Assembly: GCA_963777935.1 (NCBI GenBank) | Contig: CAVZSL010000003.1 | Location: forward strand, 19,957-83,956 | Origin: an uncultured Chloroflexia bacterium | Lineage (GTDB): Bacteria; Chloroflexota; Anaerolineae; Anaerolineales; UBA4823 | Direction: 5' to 3' | Length of the DNA: 64,000 nucleotides | Shown: piece by piece, positions 11,056 to 20,427 of the stretch | How the letters are laid out: every line of letters begins with the position of its first letter | How positions within the stretch are numbered: the stretch's first letter is position 1 | Translations under genes and position numbers: made by a program | The notes under the pieces: model-generated | What the model was told of the DNA's origin: nothing | Databases searched by the model: none | The model's input: only the letters and a program-made list of their open reading frames with translations

Positions 11056-11574
11056 TTACTTTACCCAATGTACCAATTGGTCTAATGGGCGGCGAGGGTG
11101 TTGGTCGGGGAACTCACCTGGGTAACCGATGGAAAGGATGACGACCGGGACCTGCCTTTCAGGCGCACCGATTATCAGGCGTACTACTTTCTCGTCGAAT
11201 GTGCCCACCCACACGCACCCCAGACCAAGGTTTGTGGCAGCCAGCATGGCGAAGGTGCATGCAATCGTGGCATCCTGCACGGTGTACAGGCGTGTGCCGC
11301 GTTCGGTATATTTTCCCTCGGTCAGCTCGGGATGTGTGCAAAACACCAACGCCACAGGCGCTTTGGCAATGTAATCCTGAGCCAGGGCGGCACAGGAAAG
11401 CCCATCCCGCTTTTTGAGATCGGTGACGGCATAGATTTCGTATGCCTGCAGGTTGCCCGCTGACGGAGCCAGGTTGGCAGTCTCCAGGATCTGTTGCAGC
11501 TTCTCTGGTTCCACCGGCTGGTCACTAAAGGTGCGGATCGAGTGCCGATTCCTGATCACCTCGGTAAATTCCAT
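11056..11574 (-). CDS. nitroreductase family protein
   Basis: 172-aa ORF. IRNRHSIRTFSDQPV...APSAGNLQ is the classic nitroreductase N-terminal signature. A GAGGAG SD lies upstream. Confidence 0.85.
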   Translation of the reverse strand: MEFTEVIRNRHSIRTFSDQPVEPEKLQQILETANLAPSAGNLQAYEIYAVTDLKKRDGLSCAALAQDYIAKAPVALVFCTHPELTEGKYTERGTRLYTVQDATIACTFAMLAATNLGLGCVWVGTFDEKVVRLIIGAPERQVPVVILSIGYPGEFPDQHPRRPLDQLVHWVK

Positions 11575-11970
11575 TACTTGTTGCTCCTCACCACCAATGG
11601 TTCACTTTTAGGGGTATATTGTAACCCATGTATGGGGAAAATAAAAAAAGGAGTGAGCTGGCTATTTGCTTTGATATCCTGGTCAATCATATCTTTAGGT
11701 CCGCTCATTTTAAAAGATTTTTCACTTTTATACATGCTCCCCCATCAATTTTGTTGTTTACATCAGGAATGGAACGACTCCTCCAGGAATTTTTTTAACG
11801 CAGGCATATACCCATCAAAAGGGTGCGACGAATGTCATGGCTTGCTCCTGCGAGATGAACAACCTGGATTTTATTATTCACCTCTGTCACCCTCTGGGCA
11901 GCTTCCTGCGAGACGATGGACATTTTTTCCCTGTATCGCTTATACTGATATTTTACTTGTTCATTCCTGC

Positions 11971-12933
11971 TCAATCATTTAAAACCAGGCGGGTGAGCAC
12001 AGCGCGATGGTCTGAGTGAGGTCCAGTACAGCCATCTAAATGGCGGGTCTCCAGAACTTTCCATTTGGATTTACCAGGACGCAGGAAGATATAATCCAGA
12101 CGAGCGCGTCGAATCACACTGCCCCACGGAGCACGCAGTTCATGGGTGGTGCCATCGGCATGGGGATGCAGGTGACGGAAGGTATCCAGCCAGGTAGAAC
12201 GCATGTGGGTAATGTGGGGAGAATTTTCGTGAGCATTGAAATCGCCACCGATCACGGCTGGCTGCCCACCCATGATTGAGTTGAGCCAGGTATACAAATG
12301 GGAAAGCTGGCTAGCATTCTGGCGCTTGAGCAGACCCAGGTGTACGGAAATTGCAGCGAACGAGCTGGACGGAGAGAGTACCTTTGCCCCCATTGCCAGT
12401 CGGTGAACGAAAAGATTAGCCGATGAGCCAAGTTGCTGCAGGTATAAGGTTTGTATTGGGAAACGGCTTAGGATTGCCAATCCTTCTTCGAAGCCAATGC
12501 CTATCTCATGACCATTGGCACGCGAGTAGGCAGATGCCATATCGAGTCGTTCCGAAAGCCACTGATCTACATGAAATTCAGAGCGATGTGACACTTCCTG
12601 CAACAGGACTACGTCAGCCTTTTCAGCTTTGACCATGCCGGCGAAACTTTCTAACCGCTGTGTAAAATTACGATGTTGAGGCCAATCATGCCATAAATTG
12701 GCACTGATGATGGTGAGTGGCTCGTTTTTAGCGTGGTGGGTGAAACGAGGAAGCCGCCGTACAGTCAACCGTCCAACCGGTTCAGCAACCGCACCTACTT
12801 TGTGAGCCAATGGGCGTAAAAGGCGAAGAACTGGCAGTTTCAATAGACGACGTATTCGTGGTTGCATACCCATAAAAAAAGAGGCACTCCTCGCAGGGTG
12901 TGCCTCAATAAACACTTCCTGTGTAATTGGCAT
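11971..12933 (-). CDS. endonuclease/exonuclease/phosphatase (EEP) family protein
   Basis: 320-aa ORF with EEP motifs: ..ISANLW.., ..DVVLLQEV.., ..GGDFNA.., ..SDHRAV... Confidence 0.8.
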   Translation of the reverse strand: MPITQEVFIEAHPARSASFFMGMQPRIRRLLKLPVLRLLRPLAHKVGAVAEPVGRLTVRRLPRFTHHAKNEPLTIISANLWHDWPQHRNFTQRLESFAGMVKAEKADVVLLQEVSHRSEFHVDQWLSERLDMASAYSRANGHEIGIGFEEGLAILSRFPIQTLYLQQLGSSANLFVHRLAMGAKVLSPSSSFAAISVHLGLLKRQNASQLSHLYTWLNSIMGGQPAVIGGDFNAHENSPHITHMRSTWLDTFRHLHPHADGTTHELRAPWGSVIRRARLDYIFLRPGKSKWKVLETRHLDGCTGPHSDHRAVLTRLVLND

Positions 12934-12996
12934 TCAAGCTCCAGCCGTGAGAATTATCCAAAACCCGGCTGATTATACCTTAGAATGTCTGATTAT

Positions 12997-13557
12997 CTAA
13001 TTACGTTTATGCAAGGTTTGGAAAGCTTTGCGCATGCCTTCGAGGAACCCCGGCACCACCTCACGGGGGAATCTCGGCCAGGTAATGATAACGGCAGATA
13101 AAATGAGCACGAGGATCAAAACACCCAAGCCGGTGGCGCCTTGCAGAGTCGTCACGATAAACCAAAAATAGATCGGTGCCTGGAAAAGCATCCCTGGTGC
13201 AGGGATAACCCCATATCTGATGAAAAACAATGCCCAGGCTAACAGGTAGATCACACCCACCCACCAGCTGACGTAATCCGATCCAAGCATGTAAACCAAC
13301 AGACCGACAGAGACCGTCATATCGACTTGCAGGTCGTGGTCGCCGATCCAGGTATGGTAATAGACCCGGCTGCGACGGGCAATTGGGCCATCCACCATAT
13401 CACCGCACCAATCAGCGATCATCACCCAGGCAGCCAGGGGCAATGCATCCTTTCCGACAAGCAAACCCAACCCGGCGAGGAAAAATGCCATCAAACCCCG
13501 GCTGAAGGTGATCAGATCAGCAACCTGTTTTGCGACGAGCATAACTCTCCGTGCCAA
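12997..13557 (-). CDS. CDP-alcohol phosphatidyltransferase family membrane protein
   Basis: 186-aa polytopic ORF with DMVDGPIARRS....GDHDLQVD, a variant of D-x2-DG-x2-AR...G-x3-D-x3-D. Confidence 0.8.
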   Translation of the reverse strand: MARRVMLVAKQVADLITFSRGLMAFFLAGLGLLVGKDALPLAAWVMIADWCGDMVDGPIARRSRVYYHTWIGDHDLQVDMTVSVGLLVYMLGSDYVSWWVGVIYLLAWALFFIRYGVIPAPGMLFQAPIYFWFIVTTLQGATGLGVLILVLILSAVIITWPRFPREVVPGFLEGMRKAFQTLHKRN

Positions 13558-13626
13558 CCTGTTATGAGTGCATCAGGTCTCTTATTTATACTTTATCAGA
13601 AAATCGGGGTGATTTCAAGTGTCTTT

Positions 13627-15471
13627 TCATTGATTCAGCCTTATTGGTGTTTCAGCAAAGAAGTCAATATCTTGTTGATCAATAAGCTTTCCTAAATACC
13701 AGGCCTCGAGGATTATTGGTTGATTATAGTTGGTGTCATTAAATACGAGAGAAAATTTTGTCAGACCAGTCTCATCAGTTATATATTCCTCACCATCAAT
13801 CTTAATCACTCCTGAATTGATTGGATTTCCTTGTGAATCGGTTAAGATCACATCGAATTCCCGTATTACCTGAGCATTTTTCCATTGAAGGTTGGTCCGA
13901 ACACTATCATCTATTTTCAAACTCCCTGATATCGTGAAATTATTGCTCTTGGAATGGTATTCTACGTCTCCAATTATTTCACCCGCATTCGACCAAGAAC
14001 CATTTTTAAAAATGATCGTTCCTGAGAAATTTCTCGGGATAAATTCGACGATATGAGAATTGACGAGTTTTATCGTTGATGATCCACTCGGTTGAAGGAA
14101 GAGATAATTTGAATTTGTAATTGTCACATTGGCATCAATGATGGTGAACGGCCACTCTCCTTCTACAACAATATTCTCCAGGATGATGTCACGATACTTT
14201 AGACTAGAAGGCTCGCCTATTTTGAGATTCTCGAATTCAGCAGTATCATTCCGTACTTCAATAAATACTTTGCGCAGCTCAGAATCAGAAAGCCTAACAT
14301 GTGAATCTGGGTCAAGGAAAAAGATCCATCCTCTCTCGAATGGTCCATGCTCAAGTTCACCCGTAAAGTCGTCTTTTAGAACCGTGACTTTGTCTAATGT
14401 TAGATTGTAATTTGCGTCTGGTATCAAATCTTGGACTTTCCAGTGATCAAAATATGTTCCAGATTTAAGATCCGTAGCATTTAGATGAGCCCCAGCAGGA
14501 ACGCTCAATCCCAAAGCTCCTATTGTGGAGTTTGTTACTGTAGTATTTCCACCTGTCACCTGAAGTAATCCCCCTATCTCATAAATCATTTCTGAATTCT
14601 CCATCATCAACGTGGCTCCGTCAGACATATCAAAATAATGGATCGACGTAGGAGAATCGATCATGCTCGTAGTGCCATGATTGATAACACATGCGAGGCC
14701 ACCACTCTCGGGTCCTGGGTATATGAGAGAATTATCAATGATCAGGGTAGCATCCGGATCGACAAATATATAGACATGGATCGTGGGTGTACTGCCGCGT
14801 TCCATCCTGAGTTCTGAATTCTTAATAACGAGCGTTGCAGAATCACGAACATAAATGTTTCCTTTTTGAATGACTTTTGTGTTCTCAATATTATTTACTT
14901 CAGTTCCTTCGATCACCCAGTCCCCTTCATGTACAGTCCATTCAAAAGGACATATTTTCGTAGAGGCAGTCAGACAACCTGCATCACGAAGATTGTATTG
15001 AAATGCATTGGTTACACCCATCTCTGGAACAGAAAATTGAAGCACCCCGCAACAGGGAAAATCAACAAGGTCCAACCCCGATACCCATGGCAATGATCCA
15101 ATAATAAGTCCATCGGGAGGTTGATCGAGTGGAGCATTGGGGCGCACAATAATCGAACCAGATTCTTCTCCCATTGGGATTTCAATCCCATCGATAAAAG
15201 TCGTCCATGGCGACCATGATTTTGGCCAGGGGTTGATATCGATTTTAATGACATGGTTAGCGGAATCCCAATTCATACCTGTAATATTGGGAGCCGATGA
15301 TATTACTGGTGGAGAGGTATGGGTGGGGACAGATGACTTAAACGTGGAAATTGACAGGTCATTCGTGGGAGTAAGTTCTATTTTCGAGGAATTTTCTGGC
15401 ACACAGGAAGAGAGGACGAAAGTTAAGCTAAAAATGATAATGGTGTGGATACTTATCGTTTTCATTTCCAC
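13627..15471 (-). CDS. secreted lipoprotein with predicted right-handed parallel beta-helix repeats and a C-terminal Ig/CarboxypepD_reg-like domain
   Basis: Lipoprotein signal MEMKTISIHTIIIFSLTFVLSS-C. Recurrent motifs of the form aTLxIxNSxI (ATLVIKNSELRM, ATLIIDNSLIY, ATLMMENSEMIY, TTVTNSTIG, ITNSNYLF, IKLVNSHIV). The gene is clearly more AT-rich than its flanks. Confidence 0.65.
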   Translation of the reverse strand: MEMKTISIHTIIIFSLTFVLSSCVPENSSKIELTPTNDLSISTFKSSVPTHTSPPVISSAPNITGMNWDSANHVIKIDINPWPKSWSPWTTFIDGIEIPMGEESGSIIVRPNAPLDQPPDGLIIGSLPWVSGLDLVDFPCCGVLQFSVPEMGVTNAFQYNLRDAGCLTASTKICPFEWTVHEGDWVIEGTEVNNIENTKVIQKGNIYVRDSATLVIKNSELRMERGSTPTIHVYIFVDPDATLIIDNSLIYPGPESGGLACVINHGTTSMIDSPTSIHYFDMSDGATLMMENSEMIYEIGGLLQVTGGNTTVTNSTIGALGLSVPAGAHLNATDLKSGTYFDHWKVQDLIPDANYNLTLDKVTVLKDDFTGELEHGPFERGWIFFLDPDSHVRLSDSELRKVFIEVRNDTAEFENLKIGEPSSLKYRDIILENIVVEGEWPFTIIDANVTITNSNYLFLQPSGSSTIKLVNSHIVEFIPRNFSGTIIFKNGSWSNAGEIIGDVEYHSKSNNFTISGSLKIDDSVRTNLQWKNAQVIREFDVILTDSQGNPINSGVIKIDGEEYITDETGLTKFSLVFNDTNYNQPIILEAWYLGKLIDQQDIDFFAETPIRLNQ

Positions 15472-15893
15472 CTTCCGTTAGAGAAAAAAGTCTTTGCCAT
15501 AGCTTCCTTTGACTGTAAAACATGAAAAATTATTTTAGGTTATTACATTATGAGTATGGGGTGTGGCAAATCTGCTATGCCCATTATATGCTTCCTTCCA
15601 TAAAAAACGCAAATGATCAGCAAACTAAAGCAATTAATAAATGATGGGCAGAATTACCTTAGACAACGCAATTGCTATGCAATCTCACAACGTCTCCATG
15701 TATGGTAAAGAAGAAATCACCCGGGTAATATTGGAAGCAGTGGTAAGAAGTCTCAGCGCGCGTCAACATCGACGCTTTGGTAAACTATCTGTGTATGTTA
15801 GGAACGCATCCACTAGCTGTACATAACGGGGGAAGGGTCACCTGCTTTGATTATTCTGAGATAGAATTCAGAAAAGCCTTTGTTGGATAGATT

Positions 15894-16451
15894 ATGCTGT
15901 CTCAGAACGATGACTTATTGAATTCCGAATCGATTGTGTTGGCGGACGGCACGCACATCACCATCCGCCCTATCCGATCCGATGATGCCAGTGATCTGCA
16001 AGCAGTCTTCCAGCGCCTTTCGATGGAGAGCATCTACCTGCGCTTCTTATCCTATAAAAAAGGACTGACTGATGAAGAAGCTCGTCAGCTTGCCACATTG
16101 GATTACATCACGCGGATGGCTTTTGTGGCAACCTGCATGGAAAATGACAAGGAAATCGTCATGGGGGTGGCACGTTATGCTCTGCTTGAAAACGGGCGAC
16201 CAGGGCTCGCCGAAGCAGCGGTAGTGGTGGCGGATGAATTTCAAGGGCGCGGTATCGGCAAGTTGCTGCTATGGCGCCTGGTCGCCTATGCCCGAGCCAA
16301 AGGCATCCAATTCTTGCGTGGAAACCTGCAGATTGGTAATAACCGGATGTTATCACTGGTGCAACGCAGCGGGTTGCCCCACCAACAGCGCTATGTAGAC
16401 GGGATCTGGGAGGTGACCATCGACCTCCAACAGGCCAATCCTGCGTCATGA
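15894..16451 (+). CDS. GNAT family N-acetyltransferase
   Basis: 185-aa ORF with the acetyl-CoA-binding motif VVVADEFQGRGIGKLLLWRLVAYA. Confidence 0.85.
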   Translation: MLSQNDDLLNSESIVLADGTHITIRPIRSDDASDLQAVFQRLSMESIYLRFLSYKKGLTDEEARQLATLDYITRMAFVATCMENDKEIVMGVARYALLENGRPGLAEAAVVVADEFQGRGIGKLLLWRLVAYARAKGIQFLRGNLQIGNNRMLSLVQRSGLPHQQRYVDGIWEVTIDLQQANPAS

Positions 16452-17122
16452 CCACCTGGAAATTAACCTCACCCATTGTGCTGGCATCAGCTTTTGATGC
16501 AGAACAGCGTGCCCTTACCACTCACAACACCGACAGCGAACGGGTGATCTGCCTGAAATATTCTAATAGTTTACAACAGGCTCCTGCTGATTATGTGCTG
16601 AGTTTTGCTAGAGAGCTGCTGTTCACCCACGGCCATCGCTGGCAGGCTTACGAGGTGCTTGCAGCACATAAGGGGGCATTTTGCTGCCTGGGTGAAAGCG
16701 AATTGGAGGAGCTGGGCCTGGGTATCAACAGCTGGTGGACGGTGGATTCGTTCGCTCGTACCCTGTCTGGCCCTGCCTGGCGAGACGGGTTGGTTTCAGA
16801 TGAGCTGTTTATGAAATGGGCGGGCTCTGCTGACCTGTGGTGGCGTAGGGCAGCCCTGGTGAGCACGGTGGCATTCAACATCCGCTCGCAGGGAGGCAAG
16901 GGGGATGTTGCACGTACACTGGCCATCTGTAAATTGCTGGCGGCTGACCACGAGGATATGGTGGTAAAGGCAATGTCGTGGGCGTTACGTCAATTGGTAT
17001 ATTTCGACCCTGGGGCAGTGGAGGAATTTATAAATGAGCACGAAGGCGTCCTGGCAGGCAGGGTGAAGCGCGAGGTGCGGAGCAAGCTCCAGACGGGGCT
17101 GAAGAATCCGAGACGAAAGTAG
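16448..17122 (+). CDS. DNA alkylation repair (AlkD-like HEAT-repeat) protein
   Basis: 224-aa ORF. Its ATG overlaps the GNAT stop (ATGA). Helical repeats and WWRRAALVSTV...MVVKAMSWALRQL resemble the DNA alkylation repair enzyme family. Confidence 0.7.
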   Translation: MTTWKLTSPIVLASAFDAEQRALTTHNTDSERVICLKYSNSLQQAPADYVLSFARELLFTHGHRWQAYEVLAAHKGAFCCLGESELEELGLGINSWWTVDSFARTLSGPAWRDGLVSDELFMKWAGSADLWWRRAALVSTVAFNIRSQGGKGDVARTLAICKLLAADHEDMVVKAMSWALRQLVYFDPGAVEEFINEHEGVLAGRVKREVRSKLQTGLKNPRRK

Positions 17123-17135
17123 GGGAAGATAACGC

Positions 17136-17170
17136 CTTACAATGACAATTCCTCCAGATGTCATTGTAAG
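17136..17170. terminator. 12-bp perfect hairpin between convergent genes (possible bidirectional terminator)
   Basis: CTTACAATGACA (17136-17147) pairs with TGTCATTGTAAG (17159-17170) across an 11-nt loop. A T6 run follows about 12 nt downstream. Confidence 0.4.
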
Positions 17171-17389
17171 AAGCGCTCCATCGTTTTTTGCTGGCGACGA
17201 AGCAATTTCCAACTATAATTTCGTGTAACTAAATGTGTTCCATCTCAGTTAATCAGCGAGTTCTTCAAGGTGAAAGTGATCCAATCTTTTCTTGAGGAAA
17301 ATTGCTTCCCACTCACTGTGCTCGGGCAATAGGGCAAAGACCACCTGCCTAGCGATGACAAATGTTCTTATTGCTCTTGAAAAAAATAT

Positions 17390-18367
17390 CTATAATCCCC
17401 GGGTGGTTTCCATCTCGTTTTTCACGGCTTTATAGAGCGTCTCAGCTTTGAGCTCGCTCAAGGTATAGCAGGGGGCTTCCAGGTGATCTGCCAATGATTG
17501 CGCCAGACCCTGGTCGAAGGCGGTATGTTCCATGTTAACCACCACACAGTGAATATCATCTGCGGCAATCTGATCCGCCAGGCGATGGGCTTCATCTTGT
17601 GGCGGCATCGAGGTCATGGAGACATTGCCGGCACCATCGGTCAGCAGGATGACCAGCGGCTGAACATCCGGGTGCAGAATACGCTCACGCTGCAAGGTCA
17701 GGTGAGCCATGTAAAGGCCAGCCGATAGGGGAGTCTTGCCGCCCACAGGGATATCCGCCAGGGCACGCTGCGCCAGCATGACCGAGTTGGTTGGAGGCAG
17801 TACCATGGTTGCCCGGTCCTTTTGGAAGACAATCAAACCCACACGGTCACGGCGCTGATAGGCATCTGTGAGCAGGGAGAGGATCGCTCCTTTGGTAGCT
17901 GACATGCGTTCAGCAACAGCCATGGACCATGAGGCGTCCACCACGAAGAGGACAAAATTGGCGGTTTTCTTTACCCGCACCTTACGCTGGAAGTCACTGG
18001 GGCGGATGGCAAAAGCCACCCGTTTGCGTTGTTCTACTCGCTCCTTTTGAAACGGGGCGGCTGCTCGAATCGTGGCATCAAATGCCAGGTCGTCAGCTTT
18101 TCCATTGGCTGGCCTAGCTTGGATGTATCTGCCGCGTTTGCGGTCGGTGTGGGTGCGCGAGCGACGCCCGGCACGCTTGCGATAAAGCTGGTCCAGATTT
18201 GTATTCAGATTGCGTGGTCGGAAGGATTCACCAACCTTTACTTTTTCACCCCCATCCCACCAATAGGCATTGCCAACGTCAAAGACGCTTTGACGAGCAG
18301 GCTCACTCTGGTTCGGACTCCGCTGGTCTTGCTCCGAGGTGAGGTTTAGGTCTTTTTTTTTTATCAA
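17390..18367 (-). CDS. VWA domain protein (BchD/ChlD C-terminal-half-like); possibly the 3' part of one fused gene with the upstream ChlI-like ORF
   Basis: The ORF only opens with TTG inside an A10 run. The VWA/MIDAS region is FVVDASWSM...LTDGAGN. It overlaps the upstream ORF by 65 nt in a different frame. Confidence 0.75.
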   Translation of the reverse strand: MIKKKDLNLTSEQDQRSPNQSEPARQSVFDVGNAYWWDGGEKVKVGESFRPRNLNTNLDQLYRKRAGRRSRTHTDRKRGRYIQARPANGKADDLAFDATIRAAAPFQKERVEQRKRVAFAIRPSDFQRKVRVKKTANFVLFVVDASWSMAVAERMSATKGAILSLLTDAYQRRDRVGLIVFQKDRATMVLPPTNSVMLAQRALADIPVGGKTPLSAGLYMAHLTLQRERILHPDVQPLVILLTDGAGNVSMTSMPPQDEAHRLADQIAADDIHCVVVNMEHTAFDQGLAQSLADHLEAPCYTLSELKAETLYKAVKNEMETTRGL

Positions 18368-19454
18368 AGTGTGGAGTATGATCTTCGTCCTCCGCCACTG
18401 GTTCTGGCTCCCCTACGCTGGCTGTTGAGCCTTGTAGTTGCTCGATGCGCTCCTGAAGCTCGTCTTCAGAGACCATCGCTTGTTGGAACGGTCCCTGCCT
18501 GATCCGGTGTGGCAAGGCCAATTCGGCTGCCAGGGCAATATCGCGATCCGTGATGGATTTTCGACCTTCGAAGGCAGCCTGGGAGCGGGCTGTTTTAAGA
18601 ATCACCAGGTCGGCACGGTGACCTTCCACGTTAAGCGAGGCGGTTAGAGCGGCGATTGAGAGTAAATCACGGCTGCTATAGGTGACTTTATCCACGATCA
18701 CACGTGCCAGCTCAATCTGGTGCGAAAGCTCTTTTTCCTTGTCCAGCCAGCGCTTACGGAATTTCTCGGGGTCTTCTTCGAAAGCCAGGTTACGTTCCAT
18801 GATCAACACACGCTCGCGTGCTTCGCGGATACCGTAGATCTCGGCTGAATGGGCGAAGCGGTCCAACAGCTGTGGGCGAAGATCCCCTTCCTCAGGATTC
18901 ATCGTCCCTACCAGGATGAAGCGGGCTGGATGAGCGAACGAGATACCCTCGCGCTCGACCACGTTAACACCCATGGCTGCTGAGTCTAAAAGCAGGTCGA
19001 CCACATGATCATCCAGCAGATTGACCTCGTCGATGTACAGCAAACCACGGTTGGCAGCCGCAAGCACGCCTGGCTCAAATATGCGCTCACCTCTCTGGAT
19101 GGCTATCTCGATATCCAGTGTGCCAACGACGCGATCTTCTGTGGCACTGATGGGCAAGTCGATGAAGGCAATGCGGCGCTTGACTACTTTTAAATCAACA
19201 CCTTGGGCTTTACGTTCTTTCACCCAATCTGACCAGGAGAGAGGCGCGTGCGGGTCATCGTTGAAAGGTGAATCGGCGTAGACTTCGATCTCAGGCAACA
19301 GGGCTGCCATGGCGCGTGCGGCGGTGGATTTGCCAGTGCCACGCTCTCCACGTATAAGCACTCCACCGATACGCTGATCTACTGCGTTAAGCACCAGGGA
19401 ACGCTTCATACGTTCCTGGCCAACGATGGCTGTGAAGGGATAGACGGGTCGCAT
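18303..19454 (-). CDS. magnesium-chelatase subunit I (ChlI/BchI)-type AAA+ ATPase
   Basis: MRPVYPFTAIVGQERMKRSLVLNAV.. is typical of ChlI/BchI. Walker A is GERGTGKST, Walker B is LLYIDEVNLL, and an arginine-finger region is present. The acidic/Pro-rich tail ends just after the A10 run. Confidence 0.9.
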   Translation of the reverse strand: MRPVYPFTAIVGQERMKRSLVLNAVDQRIGGVLIRGERGTGKSTAARAMAALLPEIEVYADSPFNDDPHAPLSWSDWVKERKAQGVDLKVVKRRIAFIDLPISATEDRVVGTLDIEIAIQRGERIFEPGVLAAANRGLLYIDEVNLLDDHVVDLLLDSAAMGVNVVEREGISFAHPARFILVGTMNPEEGDLRPQLLDRFAHSAEIYGIREARERVLIMERNLAFEEDPEKFRKRWLDKEKELSHQIELARVIVDKVTYSSRDLLSIAALTASLNVEGHRADLVILKTARSQAAFEGRKSITDRDIALAAELALPHRIRQGPFQQAMVSEDELQERIEQLQGSTASVGEPEPVAEDEDHTPHFDKKKRPKPHLGARPAESEPE

Positions 19455-19560
19455 TAAAATCCTTGGGGCAAGTCAATTGTCCAGCAAGCGACAATTATAC
19501 TACCACGATAGAAATATTCACGCAGAGAAATTTCAGAGAAAATAATCACCCATTAAATTC

Positions 19561-20340
19561 CTATGCATTTTCCAGCAAGGATATTTCCTTTATTTCCATC
19601 CAGGCAGGCTCTGGGTTGGGCAGTGTTCCATATTTCAACCTCCCATTGGGAGGCAGGGCGGCATACTGATTATCAATCCAAATCACCAGGCTTAGAGGTC
19701 CACTGGGGGAGATATCTGTCTGCAGGATATCCATATCATCCATTTTGAACCTGACCTGACCAATGTCCCATTCTATGCCGTATGCATGCCATTCTGTTAC
19801 ATGGGTATGGATCTGGGAGGCATCCTGTCGAACTACGCGGCGAAGCAGACTGCGTACAATGTGAGTAGTTCCTGGGAAGAGGGTCAATACCAGAATGGGT
19901 GAAGCCAATGCCAGCAGGGCTGTAGGGACTTTTTTGGAGCTAAAAGTGGCTGCCAGGAATCCATTAGCCGGGAGGTCGTCCCTGACGGAGAGGTAATTCT
20001 GGGGTGAGGCATGGAAGAACCATGCGGCCTCCGGTAATGCCGGTAAGCGCGGTACCACCTGGCTTTTGGCAAGTAAAAAACTAAATGGCTCATTCCATAA
20101 GCCAAAGCCCCATGTGCCAGGTAACATTTCCGCTGAAACACGCGCCTGTAAACTTAGCCTGAACGGAGGTTGCCAGGCAAAATCCTTCCGCTGTAGAGAT
20201 CCATGGTCATCCAGCTGAGCCAGGCGATACCCACGTTTGGCTTTGGCGGGGATTTCCAGGAGCCAGTTTGCTTCCCCCATTTTTAACACAGCAGCCATGG
20301 ATGAATTGGTGATATTTAGTTCATGATGATCGGATTTCAT
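19561..20340 (-). CDS. hypothetical protein, concanavalin-A-like lectin/glucanase (GH16-like) fold suspected
   Basis: 259-aa ORF. GTWGFGLWN and WHAYGIEWDIGQVRFKMDD resemble GH16/ConA-like strands, but I see no ExDxxE catalytic motif. Confidence 0.45.
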   Translation of the reverse strand: MKSDHHELNITNSSMAAVLKMGEANWLLEIPAKAKRGYRLAQLDDHGSLQRKDFAWQPPFRLSLQARVSAEMLPGTWGFGLWNEPFSFLLAKSQVVPRLPALPEAAWFFHASPQNYLSVRDDLPANGFLAATFSSKKVPTALLALASPILVLTLFPGTTHIVRSLLRRVVRQDASQIHTHVTEWHAYGIEWDIGQVRFKMDDMDILQTDISPSGPLSLVIWIDNQYAALPPNGRLKYGTLPNPEPAWMEIKEISLLENA

Positions 20341-20427
20341 ATCTGGTTTATCATACCACGTTCAGATCATCGACCTGGAATTTGCCATCTTGTGCCAATG
20401 ATATAATTCAACATCATTGGAGGTTGC

